A DNA stretch of 64,000 bases from Macrostomum lignano (Eukaryota), in contig NIVC01003280.1 in assembly GCA_002269645.1 (NCBI GenBank), positions 1 to 64,000 of the forward strand. Reading direction: 5' to 3'. Below are positions 25,701 through 38,414 of the stretch, one piece after another. The position numbers and the translations under genes are program-made. Numbering within the stretch: the first letter of the stretch is position 1; the number at the start of each line of letters is the position of its first letter. The notes beneath the pieces were generated by a model. It saw only the letters and a list, made by a program, of their open reading frames with translations, ran no database searches and was not told the DNA's origin.

Positions 25701-28700
25701 ATTGTGTCTATGGTTTTGAGGCAGACAATGGTAGATTGTGTCTATGGTTTTGGAGGCAGACAATGGTAGATTGTGTCTATGGTTTTGGAGTCAGACAATG
25801 GTAGATTGTGTCTATGGTTTTGGAGACAGACAATGGTAGATTGTGTCTATGGTTTTGGAGTCAGGCAATGGTAGATTGTGTCTATGGTTTTTGAGGCAGA
25901 CAATGGTAGATTGTGTCTATGGTTTTGGAGACAGACAAGGATTGATATTTCACGAGTAGAGAGAAGCCACTAATCTTGTCTATGACAAAACCATATACAC
26001 AAGCACATTGTCTCATGAATGTTGCGTTGAATAATGAGCCTAGATCCTAAGACAATGATCCATGCATGACAACATAAAATAAGTAATGAGTTGCTTTTTC
26101 TCAAAATTAAATATTAAATTAAATTCTACTAATATCCACCTTATTGTACCTGGTACATTGTTGACTGTTGCCTCCAGTCCAGATGCTTTGCGCCAGGAGT
26201 CCATGCTTCCTTTCCCACCGGACCGGATCCGGATATGACACTAATACTGCAGCAAAGCACACCCCATGTTATATTTCATATATAGTAAGCGAAGCCCTCA
26301 AAGTCTGTCTGTAAGCAGATTTTGAGACTAGTCTGAGAATTGATATTTAAAGAAGAATTAGTGCGACGATTACATTAGAAAGGGGCCGGTGTGTCTGACC
26401 CCCCCCCACCTTGACAAGCATGACAAGACAAATTAACAACATGTAGTCATGCCAGTCCTAGAGCAGACAGGGTGGAAGCGAGAGCAGAATCTGAGAAATG
26501 CTTAATACTCGCACAGTTTATATGGTGACGGTTGTTAAACAGTGAGGCAGTAAAATGAGTAATTTTGTACCGTAAAATCAATATCAAATTTTCATAAACT
26601 ATAAATTATCACAGACCTGAAATATCACAGACCTGAAATATCACAAACCTGAAATATCACAAACCTGAAATATCACAAACCTGAAATATCACAGACCTGA
26701 AATATCACAAACCTGAAATATCACAAACCTGAAATATCACAAACCTGAAATATCACAGACCTGAAATATCACAGACCTGAAATATCACAAACCTGAAATA
26801 TCACAAACCTGAAATATCACAAACCCGAAATATCACAAACCTGAAATATCACAAACCCGAAATATCACAAACCTGAAATATCACAAACCGGAAATATCAC
26901 GGACCTGAAATATCACAGACCTGAAATATCACAGACCTGAAATATCACAAACCTGAAATATCACAGACCTGAAATATCACAAACCCGAAATATCACAAAC
27001 CTGAAATATCACAAACCCGAAATATCACAGACCTGAAATATCACAGACCTGAAATATCACAAACCTGAAATATCACAGACCTGAAATATCACAGACCTGA
27101 AATATCACAAACCTGAAATATCACAGACCTGAAATATCACAAACCCGAAATATCACAGACCTGAAATATCACAAACCTGAAATATCACAGACCTGAATAT
27201 CACAGACCTGAAATATCACAGACCTGAAATATCACAAACCTGAAATATCACAAACCCGAAATATCACAGACCTGAAATATCACAGACCTGAAATATCACA
27301 GACCTGAAATATCACAAACCCGAAATATCACAGACCTGAAATATCACAGACCTGAAATATCACAGACCTGAAATATCACAAACCTGAAATATCACAAACC
27401 CGAAATATCACAAACCCGAAATATCACAAACCCGAAACATCTCAAACCCGAAATGCGAGCTATCATAACTCCGAAAAGCAAAATACCGTTGGGTGTTGCT
27501 GGAACTTTCGGAGTTATTTGAGCAAAAGACTGAAAAAAACAGAGCGAAAACACATATCAGCCACGTGTTGCATCGCAAGTTTTCCATTCTGAAGCAACTA
27601 CAATCTCTTTCTTGCACCCACATGCCACTGTCCCGGAAAAGATCGACAGTTATGGCGTGTTCTGCGCGTTATTTTGCATCACGTGCTCTAACTTAAAAGA
27701 AAGGTAAAAGTAAATTATGCTGCAGATTTTATGCTGCTGATTAAACAACAGATCAAACTCCGGTGTAAACTGCAGTTGACTCTTTAAGCACAGCACAGAT
27801 TTCATCGATTAGATCTGCTCCTACACAAACCTCAGCAGCGAACGGAAATGAATTCACGACAGATGCCCTAACCCCCAACCTTGCTCTCCTTCAGACCCAG
27901 CACGGGCTTGGCACAGTGTCCAGGCACGCGGAAATGTGCAGCGAAATGCCTGGTAAGCCAGCGCGATTTCAATAACATGATTTTTTGTATTGAGGGTCAA
28001 ATTTGTTAAAGGGAAAGTGGCTGGGGGTAGCCAGCAGCAGCACTTCAATGCGTTAATCCAGGTTTTAAGCATCGGATTATGCCTGACTTTATCGATAAGC
28101 TCGATCTAAAAGTAATCTAGGCAAGGGTCAGCACTCTCCACAGCTTCACTGTATAACTGCTCAGAGCCAGCTGCTCAAATGCACAGCTCGAATGCACAGC
28201 TCAAAGGCACAGCTCAAAAGCACTCTCTCACAGCCTCCCTGTACAACTGCTCAGAGCCTGCTGCTCAAATGCACTCTCCCACAGCCTCCCTGTACAACTG
28301 CTCAGAGCCAGCTGCTCAAATGCACTCTCCCACAGCCTCCCTGTACAACTGCTCAGAGCCAGCTGCTCAAATGCACTCTCCCACAGCCTCTCTGTACAAC
28401 TGCTCAGAGCCAGCTGCTCAAATGCACTCTCCCACAGCCTCCCTGTACAACCGCTCAGAGCCAGCTGCTCAAATGCACTCTCCCACAGCCTCTCTGTACA
28501 GCTGCTCAGAGCCAGCTGCTCAAATGCACTCTCCCACAGCCTCCCTGTACAACTGCTCAGAGCCAGCTGCTCAAATGCACTCTCCCACAGCCTCTCTGTA
28601 CAACTGCTCAGAGCCAGCTGCTCAAATGCACTCTCCCACAGCCTCCCTGTACAACCGCTCAGAGCCAGCTGCTCAAATGCACTCTCCCACAGCCTCTCTG

Positions 28701-30953
28701 TACAGCTGCTCAGAGCCAGCTGCTCAAATGCACTCTCCCACAGCCTCCCTGTACAACTGCTCAGAGCCAGCTGCTCAAATGCACTCTCCCACAGCCTCCC
28801 TGTACAACCGCTCAGAGCCAGCTGCTCAAATGCACTCTCCCACAGCCTCTCTGTACAGCTGCTCAGAGCCAGCTGCTCAAATGCACTCTCCCACAGCCTC
28901 CCTGTACAACTGCTCAGAGCCAGCTGCTCAAATGCACTCTCCCACAGCCTCCCTGTACAACTACAGCGTGCAGACGGCTCAGTCAGCTGACAGCCTTCAG
29001 AGCACCGAGTTCTCAGACACTGCCAGCGGCCTTATTATCGGCTCCTTCGAGCTGGAGCACTGCCTGACTCCGTCAGACTCGCTGCTCATCGTTCTGGGCG
29101 AAGCCTCCGACTCGATGGGCGCCTCTGAGCACAGATGTCGGAGGCTGACCATCTGCAACCAGATGGCCGACGGGAAGCGGCGACGACTGCGGCTTCAACT
29201 GAGCCTCCATCCGACCAGATCCTACACGATGAAGGTCTTCAAGCTGGCCAGCGGGTCCAGGCTGTGCGAGCAGCCCCGAGTTCGATTCTTCTTCACCAGG
29301 TCGGCGGGCGACGACCGGCCGCTGGTGCAGCTGGCGGCGCGACGCTGCGGCGCCTGCGGTGACGATGGCAGCGACTTCCGCTGCAACATGACGGCCTACC
29401 TGCGGAGCGGCTGGGTTGGCGGGCTGCTGCTAAAGCTGACCGGAGTTTTAGGCGATCAAAGTGACTGGATCAAATTTCCGGCCAATCAGAGTCAGCGGGT
29501 GTCGGTGAGCTCACGGAGACCGTTTTGGGCGAGCAAACGGCGGGAGTAATGATTTAGTACGACTCACGTAGAATACTATAGCATTAAAATACTGTATTTT
29601 TTGCTTAAGGCAGCCTTCCAGTTTCGCAAAACTGCCGGATCGAGACGGACGATTTCCAGTGCAAGGCGAAGCATCTTTTCATTAGGATTCAATGGTAATC
29701 CACTCTGTGATTGACCTCATTGACACTGTGATTGACATCACCGACACTTTGATTGACCTCACCGACACTGTGATTGACTTCACCGACACTCTGATTGACC
29801 TCACCGACACTCTGTGATTGACCTCACCGACACTCTGATTGACCTCACCGACACTCTGTGATTGACCTCACCGACACTCTGTGATTGACCTCACCGACCC
29901 TTTGATTGACCTTAACGACACTGTGATTGGCCTCACCGACACTCTGTGATTGACCTCACCGACACTCTGATTGACCTCACCGACACTCTGATTGACCTCA
30001 CCGACACTCTGATTGACCTCACCGACACTCTGATTGACCTTAACGGTGATTGACCTCACCGACACTCTGTGATTGATCTCAATGACACTCCAAATTCCTC
30101 TGACTAATTATTTACAGACAAGTCGCTCCGCTCGCCGACCCTCTGTCAGCCCTCTGAGCCGCTGGCAGTCTGCCCGAGGCCGCTGTTGCCGCCGACAGTG
30201 GGCCAGTGGAGCGCGCCTTCGCCCTCCCAGTCGGCCAGAGGGTCTGTCAATCGATCAACAATCAGCGACACAGCGCCCGCAGTTTTAAGCTGGGCGCTTC
30301 CTCCGGCGCTAGTCCTGGCGCTCTTCCTGGCGCTCTACCGGGCGCTCTATGCTCAGCGCAATTGCGGCGCCTGCGGCGATAGCAACACGAGAAAACTTGT
30401 CCTGCTAGTGCTTCCAGAAGCCGGAAATCCAACGACCCGTCAGCTTATTCGCCGGCTGCCAGCGGCCCCGGCCGGAGTCGAGATACGTCAGGTGGTCGGC
30501 CTGAGCAAGCTCAACCGACAGCTAATTGGCAGCTCGTGCCTCGTCATCTTCCTGAGCTGGGACTCAAAGTTCGACAGCTTCCAAGCTGGCAGCCTGTCGG
30601 ATGCAGCCAGGCGGAGTCTGAGAACGGCGCTGCTGACTGAGAAGCACCGGATGCTGGGAGCCTTCATCAACTCGGGAGCCGGACCGCCTGCTGACTCGAT
30701 CTGGTCCGGCCTCGATGCCAGGATGCTGAGACTGGACGATGAAGCGGCTTGGAGAGATCTGCTGCTGGAGTTATTTGAGCAAAAGACTGAAAAAAACAGA
30801 GCGAAAACACATATCAGCCACGTGTTGCATCGCAAGTTTTCCATTCTGAAGCAACTACAATCTCTTTCTTGCACCCACATGCCACTGTCCCGGAAAAGAT
30901 CGACAGTTATGGCGTGTTCTGCGCGTTATTTTGCATCACGTGCTCTAACTTAA
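22797..30953 (+). CDS. Type I membrane receptor-like protein with TIR/SEFIR-like tail (IL-17-receptor-like architecture), copy A; exons 22797-22916, ~28974-29504, 29622-29694, 30118-30953
   Basis: Signal-peptide-like exon (MPLVLRVVMPLLLCALC, donor TTG|GTGAGA); Cys-containing ectodomain exon; phase 0/0/1 junctions consistent; TM LSWALPPALVLALFLALY; tail RKLVLLVLP...GVEIRQV...RQLIGSSCLVIFLS resembles the SEFIR betaA-alphaA-betaB-betaC pattern. Linkage of exon 1 and the domain identity are inferred. Confidence 0.6.
23080..23530. repeat. Low-complexity 8/16-bp repeat CTCACTCCGTCACTGC
   Basis: Source of three overlapping repeat ORFs. Confidence 0.9.
24375..25940. repeat. Minisatellite, 34-35 bp unit GGAGACAGACAATGGTAGATTGTGTCTATGGTTTT
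   Basis: About 45 copies. Confidence 0.97.
26610..27450. repeat. Minisatellite, 16-bp unit GAAATATCACA(A/G)ACCT
   Basis: About 50 copies. Confidence 0.97.
28140..28965. repeat. 42-bp minisatellite (CTGCTCAGAGCCAGCTGCTCAAATGCACTCTCCCACAGCCTC-type) abutting the ectodomain exon; duplicated at ~31396-32221
   Basis: About 19 copies, open in frame with the following exon. Confidence 0.95.
29705..30090. repeat. Intronic 19-21 bp minisatellite GATTGACCTCACCGACACTCT; duplicated at ~33285-33670
   Basis: Fills the intron between exons 3 and 4 of the receptor. Confidence 0.92.
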
Positions 30954-32229
30954 AAGAAAGGTAAAAGTAAATTATGCTGCAGATTTTATGCTGCTGATTA
31001 AACAACAGATCAAACTCCGGTGTAAACTGCAGTTGACTCTTTAAGCACAGCACAGATTTCATCGATTAGATCTGCTCCTACACAAACCTCAGCAGCGAAC
31101 GGAAATGAATTCACGACAGATGCCCTAACCCCCAACCTTGCTCTCCTTCAGACCCAGCACGGGCTTGGCACAGTGTCCAGGCACGCGGAAATGTGCAGCG
31201 AAATGCCTGGTAAGCCAGCGCGATTTCAATAACATGATTTTTTGTATTGAGGGTCAAATTTGTTAAAGGGAAAGTGGCTGGGGTAGCCAGCAGCAGCACT
31301 TCAATGCGTTAATCCAGGTTTTAAGCATCGGATTATGCCTGACTTTATCGATAAGCTCGATCTAAAAGTAATCTAGGCAAGGGTCAGCACTCTCCACAGC
31401 TTCACTGTATAACTGCTCAGAGCCAGCTGCTCAAATGCACAGCTCGAATGCACAGCTCAAAGGCACAGCTCAAAAGCACTCTCTCACAGCCTCCCTGTAC
31501 AACTGCTCAGAGCCTGCTGCTCAAATGCACTCTCCCACAGCCTCCCTGTACAACTGCTCAGAGCCAGCTGCTCAAATGCACTCTCCCACAGCCTCCCTGT
31601 ACAACTGCTCAGAGCCAGCTGCTCAAATGCACTCTCCCACAGCCTCTCTGTACAACTGCTCAGAGCCAGCTGCTCAAATGCACTCTCCCACAGCCTCCCT
31701 GTACAACCGCTCAGAGCCAGCTGCTCAAATGCACTCTCCCACAGCCTCTCTGTACAGCTGCTCAGAGCCAGCTGCTCAAATGCACTCTCCCACAGCCTCC
31801 CTGTACAACTGCTCAGAGCCAGCTGCTCAAATGCACTCTCCCACAGCCTCTCTGTACAACTGCTCAGAGCCAGCTGCTCAAATGCACTCTCCCACAGCCT
31901 CCCTGTACAACCGCTCAGAGCCAGCTGCTCAAATGCACTCTCCCACAGCCTCTCTGTACAGCTGCTCAGAGCCAGCTGCTCAAATGCACTCTCCCACAGC
32001 CTCCCTGTACAACTGCTCAGAGCCAGCTGCTCAAATGCACTCTCCCACAGCCTCCCTGTACAACCGCTCAGAGCCAGCTGCTCAAATGCACTCTCCCACA
32101 GCCTCTCTGTACAGCTGCTCAGAGCCAGCTGCTCAAATGCACTCTCCCACAGCCTCCCTGTACAACTGCTCAGAGCCAGCTGCTCAAATGCACTCTCCCA
32201 CAGCCTCCCTGTACAACTACAGCGTGCAG

Positions 32230-34359
32230 ACGGCTCAGTCAGCTGACAGCCTTCAGAGCACCGAGTTCTCAGACACTGCCAGCGGCCTTATTATCGGCTC
32301 CTTCGAGCTGGAGCACTGCCTGACTCCGTCAGACTCGCTGCTCATCGTTCTGGGCGAAGCCTCCGACTCGATGGGCGCCTCTGAGCACAGATGTCGGAGG
32401 CTGACCATCTGCAACCAGATGGCCGACGGGAAGCGGCGACGACTGCGGCTTCAACTGAGCCTCCATCCGACCAGATCCTACACGATGAAGGTCTTCAAGC
32501 TGGCCAGCGGGTCCAGGCTGTGCGAGCAGCCCCGAGTTCGATTCTTCTTCACCAGGTCGGCGGGCGACGACCGGCCGCTGGTGCAGCTGGCGGCGCGACG
32601 CTGCGGCGCCTGCGGTGACGATGGCAGCGACTTCCGCTGCAACATGACGGCCTACCTGCGGAGCGGCTGGGTTGGCGGGCTGCTGCTAAAGCTGACCGGA
32701 GTTTTAGGCGATCAAAGTGACTGGATCAAATTTCCGGCCAATCAGAGTCAGCGGGTGTCGGTGAGCTCACGGAGACCGTTTTGGGCGAGCAAACGGCGGG
32801 AGTAATGATTTAGTACGACTCACGTAGAATACTATAGCATTAAAATACTGTATTTTTTGCTTAAGGCAGCCTTCAAAGATTCTAAGAAACGAAATATTCT
32901 AGCCTTCTAAGATTTTCTAAGACACTATATGTTGCAGTCTTGAAAATTTTTATAAGAAAATAAATGTTGCAGTCTTGAAATATTTTCTAAGAAACGAAAT
33001 GTTTTGACTCAAATGCAAATTTAAATTTAAACTAACTTCTTAAATTGCTGCAGAATTCAAACAGTTGGATTAAGGCAAACCTCTCCATGCAGATCCGAAG
33101 CTGGCAGCTCACCTATCATGTGAGTAATGTTTTTAATAATTTGTAACACAGCTGAGCATATTTCGTAGAACTCAGAGCCTTCCAATTTAATTTCAATCCA
33201 GTTTCGCAAAACTGCCGGATCGAGACGGACGATTTCCAGTGCAAGGCGAAGCATCTTTTCATTAGGATTCAATGGTAATCCACTCTGTGATTGACCTCAT
33301 TGACACTGTGATTGACATCACCGACACTTTGATTGACCTCACCGACACTGTGATTGACTTCACCGACACTCTGATTGACCTCACCGACACTCTGTGATTG
33401 ACCTCACCGACACTCTGATTGACCTCACCGACACTCTGTGATTGACCTCACCGACACTCTGTGATTGACCTCACCGACCCTTTGATTGACCTTAACGACA
33501 CTGTGATTGGCCTCACCGACACTCTGTGATTGACCTCACCGACACTCTGATTGACCTCACCGACACTCTGATTGACCTCACCGACACTCTGATTGACCTC
33601 ACCGACACTCTGATTGACCTTAACGGTGATTGACCTCACCGACACTCTGTGATTGATCTCAATGACACTCCAAATTCCTCTGACTAATTATTTACAGACA
33701 AGTCGCTCCGCTCGCCGACCCTCTGTCAGCCCTCTGAGCCGCTGGCAGTCTGCCCGAGGCCGCTGTTGCCGCCGACAGTGGGCCAGTGGAGCGCGCCTTC
33801 GCCCTCCCAGTCGGCCAGAGGGTCTGTCAATCGATCAACAATCAGCGACACAGCGCCCGCAGTTTTAAGCTGGGCGCTTCCTCCGGCGCTAGTCCTGGCG
33901 CTCTTCCTGGCGCTCTACCGGGCGCTCTATGCTCAGCGCAATTGCGGCGCCTGCGGCGATAGCAACACGAGAAAACTTGTCCTGCTAGTGCTTCCAGAAG
34001 CCGGAAATCCAACGACCCGTCAGCTTATTCGCCGGCTGCCAGCGGCCCCGGCCGGAGTCGAGATACGTCAGGTGGTCGGCCTGAGCAAGCTCAACCGACA
34101 GCTAATTGGCAGCTCGTGCCTCGTCATCTTCCTGAGCTGGGACTCAAAGTTCGACAGCTTCCAAGCTGGCAGCCTGTCGGATGCAGCCAGGCGGAGTCTG
34201 AGAACGGCGCTGCTGACTGAGAAGCACCGGATGCTGGGAGCCTTCATCAACTCGGGAGCCGGACCGCCTGCTGACTCGATCTGGTCCGGCCTCGATGCCA
34301 GGATGCTGAGACTGGACGATGAAGCGGCTTGGAGAGATCTGCTGCTCCAGGCTGCTTGA
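32230..34359 (+). CDS. Receptor copy B: duplicated exons ~32230-32760, 33202-33274, 33698-34359 with the original short C-terminus ...AAWRDLLLQAA*
   Basis: Exon sequences match copy A; intact acceptors and donors; no signal-peptide exon of its own within the duplicated unit. Confidence 0.6.
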
Positions 34360-34589
34360 GAACGGATGGTAGCTTTTGGTGGGTCTCAGGTTATTAGACG
34401 AGTGGGAATCGTTTTTAGAAATCATGGACCCGTGGGTTACGTTGCTCCCTAGCGTGTTTTAGCAACTTTAGATTTGTTTTTTATGGACTAAAAGTAAAAT
34501 AGTAAATGTCTTAATTTGGAAAATTCACGAGGTCCGACAAGCCCAATACGTCATGCCATGTACACTGGGAATCGCCCATGTACATTAAG

Positions 34590-35010
34590 AATCACCCATG
34601 TATATTGGGAATCGCCCCCCTTTGATGTACATTGGGAATCGCCCCCCTTTGATGTACATTGGGAATCGCCCCCCTTTGATGTACATTTGGAATCGCCCCC
34701 CTTTGATGTACATTGGGAATCGCCCCCCTTTGATGTACATTCGGAATCGCCCCCACCGACGTACACTGTGGGAATCGCCTCCCCCCGATATACATTGAGA
34801 ATCGCCCCCCTGCCCGATATACATTGAAAATCGCCCCCCTGCCCGATATACATTGAGAATCGCCCCCCTGCCCCGATATACATTGGGAATCGCCCCCCCC
34901 TGCGCCGATATACATTGAGAATCGCCCCCCCTGCCCCGATATACATTGAGAATCGCCCCTCTGCCCCGATATACATTTGGAATCGCCCCCCCACCGATGT
35001 ACATTGGGAA
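34590..35010. repeat. Minisatellite, ~26-28 bp unit (TGTACATTGGGAATCGCCCCCC.../GATATACATTGAGAATCGCCCCC...)
   Basis: About 15 copies in two subtypes. Confidence 0.9.
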
Positions 35011-35584
35011 TTGCTCCCCCCATTTATGCCTCTGCCTCCTGTCCAAACGGTGGCCTCAATTCGTCATTGATGTCAACCCTCAAATTAAATTTCAGAACAA
35101 GCTTGAAAAGTTTGGCAAACTTTTGCCCGGTCAACTGATCCCGCGAGCACTCACTGATGTACAAAGTTGACACCTGCAGCTATCATTATAAAATTTCATA
35201 CTAAGAATACGCATCGAGTTAAGATTTAGGTCAGGAGTTCAGCAAAGAACATTCATTAGTCAATTTCTGTGTTCAATTCCTATTTTGAAAAGCCATTATT
35301 ATTTCATAGTTTATTAGTCTGTCATTTTAAGCGTATTTTCGAATTGATTTCGCCAAATACTCTACTAGTAGTCACTGTACGTTCAGTGCCAAAATGTTAT
35401 TGAGAAGAAATTTGTAAATAAATTGAAATAAATTTTTTAATGCTTGATTTTTGTCCCTTGTTGGTTATTTAACCCAAGTTTGGGCAATGCAATAATAAAA
35501 TACAATGATTATTTATTTAAATTCTACGCTTGTAAATACTTGCTGTTAATCTGCAATAATGACCTCTAGGTACTTACAGTTTGA

Positions 35585-35865
35585 CACCCAGTTACTTTAT
35601 GGCTCACTCTGACACCCGGTTAGTGTACTTTTATAGTTTACTCTGACACCCGGTTAGTGTACTTTTATAGTTCACTCAGACACCCGGTTAGTGTACTTTT
35701 ATAGTTCACTCAGACACCCGGTTAGTGTACTTAATTATAGTTCACTCGGACACCCGGTTAGTGTACTTTTATAGCTTACTCTGACACCCGGTTAGTGTAC
35801 TTTTATAGTTCACTCAGACACCCGGTTAGTGTACTTTTATAGTTCACTCCGGACACCGGTTAGTG
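35585..35865. repeat. Minisatellite, 34-bp unit GACACCCGGTTAGTGTACTTTTATAGTTCACTCA
   Basis: About 8 copies. Confidence 0.9.
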
Positions 35866-37288
35866 CAGTATTCTTATGTATGTCTCACTCCAACACCAGT
35901 TATTATAACAATAATTATAACATATGAGGTAGTATATTGACCTAATCCATTACAGCGAAGGTGCAAATTAGGACCCAAAATAGTTCTTTTTAATTGTTCT
36001 GCACTTTAATCAGGGACAACTGATGCAGGACGCTTCCGTACATGTATTTCTTCAGAGCATATAGTATAGCCCATGTACGTGCATACTCGTAAATGTATAG
36101 ACAAACCTAAGGTCAGTGTTTTAGAGTCGCAAAAATTGAGTTATTTCGCTGCTATATGCTTCTGCTTTTCATGCATGTGGATCTAATTTGTTTCAGATCT
36201 TTAGCGGAAATCGCATCCCAACACGTGTATTCTGTTGTGTATTAAAAGGATTGACTGGAAAGTAAAACGGCCCTTTTCAGGGCCACCTTAAGCCACAGAT
36301 AATAGAGTACACTAACTAGATGAGCCACTCAGGCATATAGACCTATGTTATTAGCAATACAGCTTTCGACTTTCAGTTCAGTAGCAAAAGAAGAATACAT
36401 AAGCTATTCTTCTGTCTTCTGTTTAATAAATTAAAAAATTAATAATTAATAATTAAATTAATATTGCGTTAATATTATTAATATTAATATTGCATTAATA
36501 TTATTAATGAATTCTGTTAAAAAATAAGCCTTCTGTTTAATAAAGGCAGCTGAAATGACTGATAAGTTTAGAAGCCCAAGCTTGCAGGCGTAAACAGCTT
36601 GCTAATTGGTTCAGCCATGATCTACATTAGCCAGTCCAACTGAAATGTACATGGCAGCTTTAGGCTGGAATTCCGAGAAAGGCAATAAAAATTGGGACGG
36701 GTAGGGGTTAGTGATGAAAGGCGCGGTTGGAGGGTTTAAGCTACGCTGCTACGGGTAAGAGTCAATAAATGAGCTTTTGGTGTTAAAAATACATCAAAAT
36801 CCTTCTGTTTAACTTGCTACTGAACTGAAAGTAGCTGGCACGCAAATGTGCTGAGTGGCCCAAATCTATTTTATTCTAGTACATTATCTGTGCCCCAAAC
36901 GAACACAGCGGTTGAGGCTAAAAAGAGTGGGGGCACAAAGTATGCGAAATATGGAGAACACGACGATGCGGTTCAGTTTTTGAATGCTACACTCGTAAAA
37001 AAACGCGCGGAGTAAGAATATCTATCTCTCTGTTCCTACAGTGCCCGTCTGGCACCAACCAGCGTAAAACAGCCCTAGACTAGCTCTTAAGTCGTTTCCT
37101 TCGTGCAACAGATCATACTCTTCCAGTTCTCATAAAGGGCTGGCGCCACAGACCAATAGGTATGTAAGCTAAGTAAGCTATCAGCCACTTGTTCCTAATT
37201 TCCTTGTCCTTTGTTAGAAAGTCTGGAAGGACTCCGGGCATCCGGATACAGCGGGGAGGCATCGCGTCGCCGCTATGTAAGAAGGGAC

Positions 37289-37452
37289 TAGGGGTGTTCG
37301 GGTTTCCATTTTTTTCGGCTTCGGGGTAGAACCCGAACCCGAAGCTCTAACTCCGAACCCCGAACCCGACCCGAACGCCTACCCCGAACCCCGAACCCGG
37401 TGCCAAAGCCCGATCCGAAACCCGACCCGACCCCGAACCCCGAACACCCCTA
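37289..37452. mobile_element. hAT-like MITE, ~164 bp
   Basis: TIR TAGGGGTGTTCGGG...CCCGAACACCCCTA; internal CCCGAA(C) subterminal repeats; near-TSD GAAGGGAC / GGAGGGAC. Confidence 0.65.
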
Positions 37453-38414
37453 GGAGGGACTCCCGCCACCGCCAGAGGCATCGTTATCGCTGTCATGACT
37501 TCCTCTTCTTTTCCCGGCAATTTAGAAGATTCAGATTGTTCTTCCATTTCATTTTGAGTAATTATATTTCCAATAACTTTGCTTGGCACTTTAAAACTAG
37601 TATAGCATTGCTATTTTGGTCTCAGGCCACTTTAATGTACATGTTAATTTAAATTAGGGCAGACAGCTAAAGAAGGGCCAGGGCCAGTCTTCCCCAGGCC
37701 ACTGATATCGATCGTTTTGGGATGGAGTAGAGGGGACCATTTTTTGCTTGGTCATTTTTTACAAAAAACAGCCCCAGGCAAAGCACTGCTGGATGCGCAG
37801 TTTAGTTATACTTATTGTTCTGTGGCTGGCGCTGCCCTGCAACATCATTCCGAGAAGAACATTTCTTGGAAATAAACCCAAATACACTAAAAAAATTTTT
37901 TTCACTGCGCCATAGCAGCGTAGACTGAACCACGGACGGAGACAGTAAATGATTGTACATTTGCATGTACACACCGGACAGAAATGTATACGTACATCGA
38001 ACCATTCATTTCTAGTTTACTCGCCAATTAGAGTTTATAATTATAGCCGACAATTGGTTGAGGTCAGCATAAAATAACATACATATATTCGAATATTAGA
38101 AACCAAAATTTAATTATTACGAGCCTATCTATACTGATAAGCAATCCTCATTTTTCAGTAAGTTCCAGTTAACAAATTAAATCGAAAAGATTTTGCTCTT
38201 CGAAATGAGGCGAACGCGAAAGCAAGCCAAGAGAAAATCTGCCAATTCTTCTGGCAAGACTTCGTCTCAATCTCCATCATCGCTGCAGCTAGTGAGTTCC
38301 ATTGTATATGATATCCACTTGTACGATTTCCAGAAATTTTCCGAAAAATTACATGTACACTGTAATATGGGTCACTTTTCCACCCTTTGACACTCTTAAT
38401 CATCATTTGCCACC

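Larger units (their letters stand above)
27510..34346 (+). repeat. Direct tandem segmental duplication: unit A 27510-30766, unit B 30767-34346
   Basis: Near-identical sequence at offsets 3257/3256 and then 3580; unit A lacks 324 bp that unit B has at ~32875-33198; junction CTGCTGCT|GGAGTTATTT. Confidence 0.95.
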
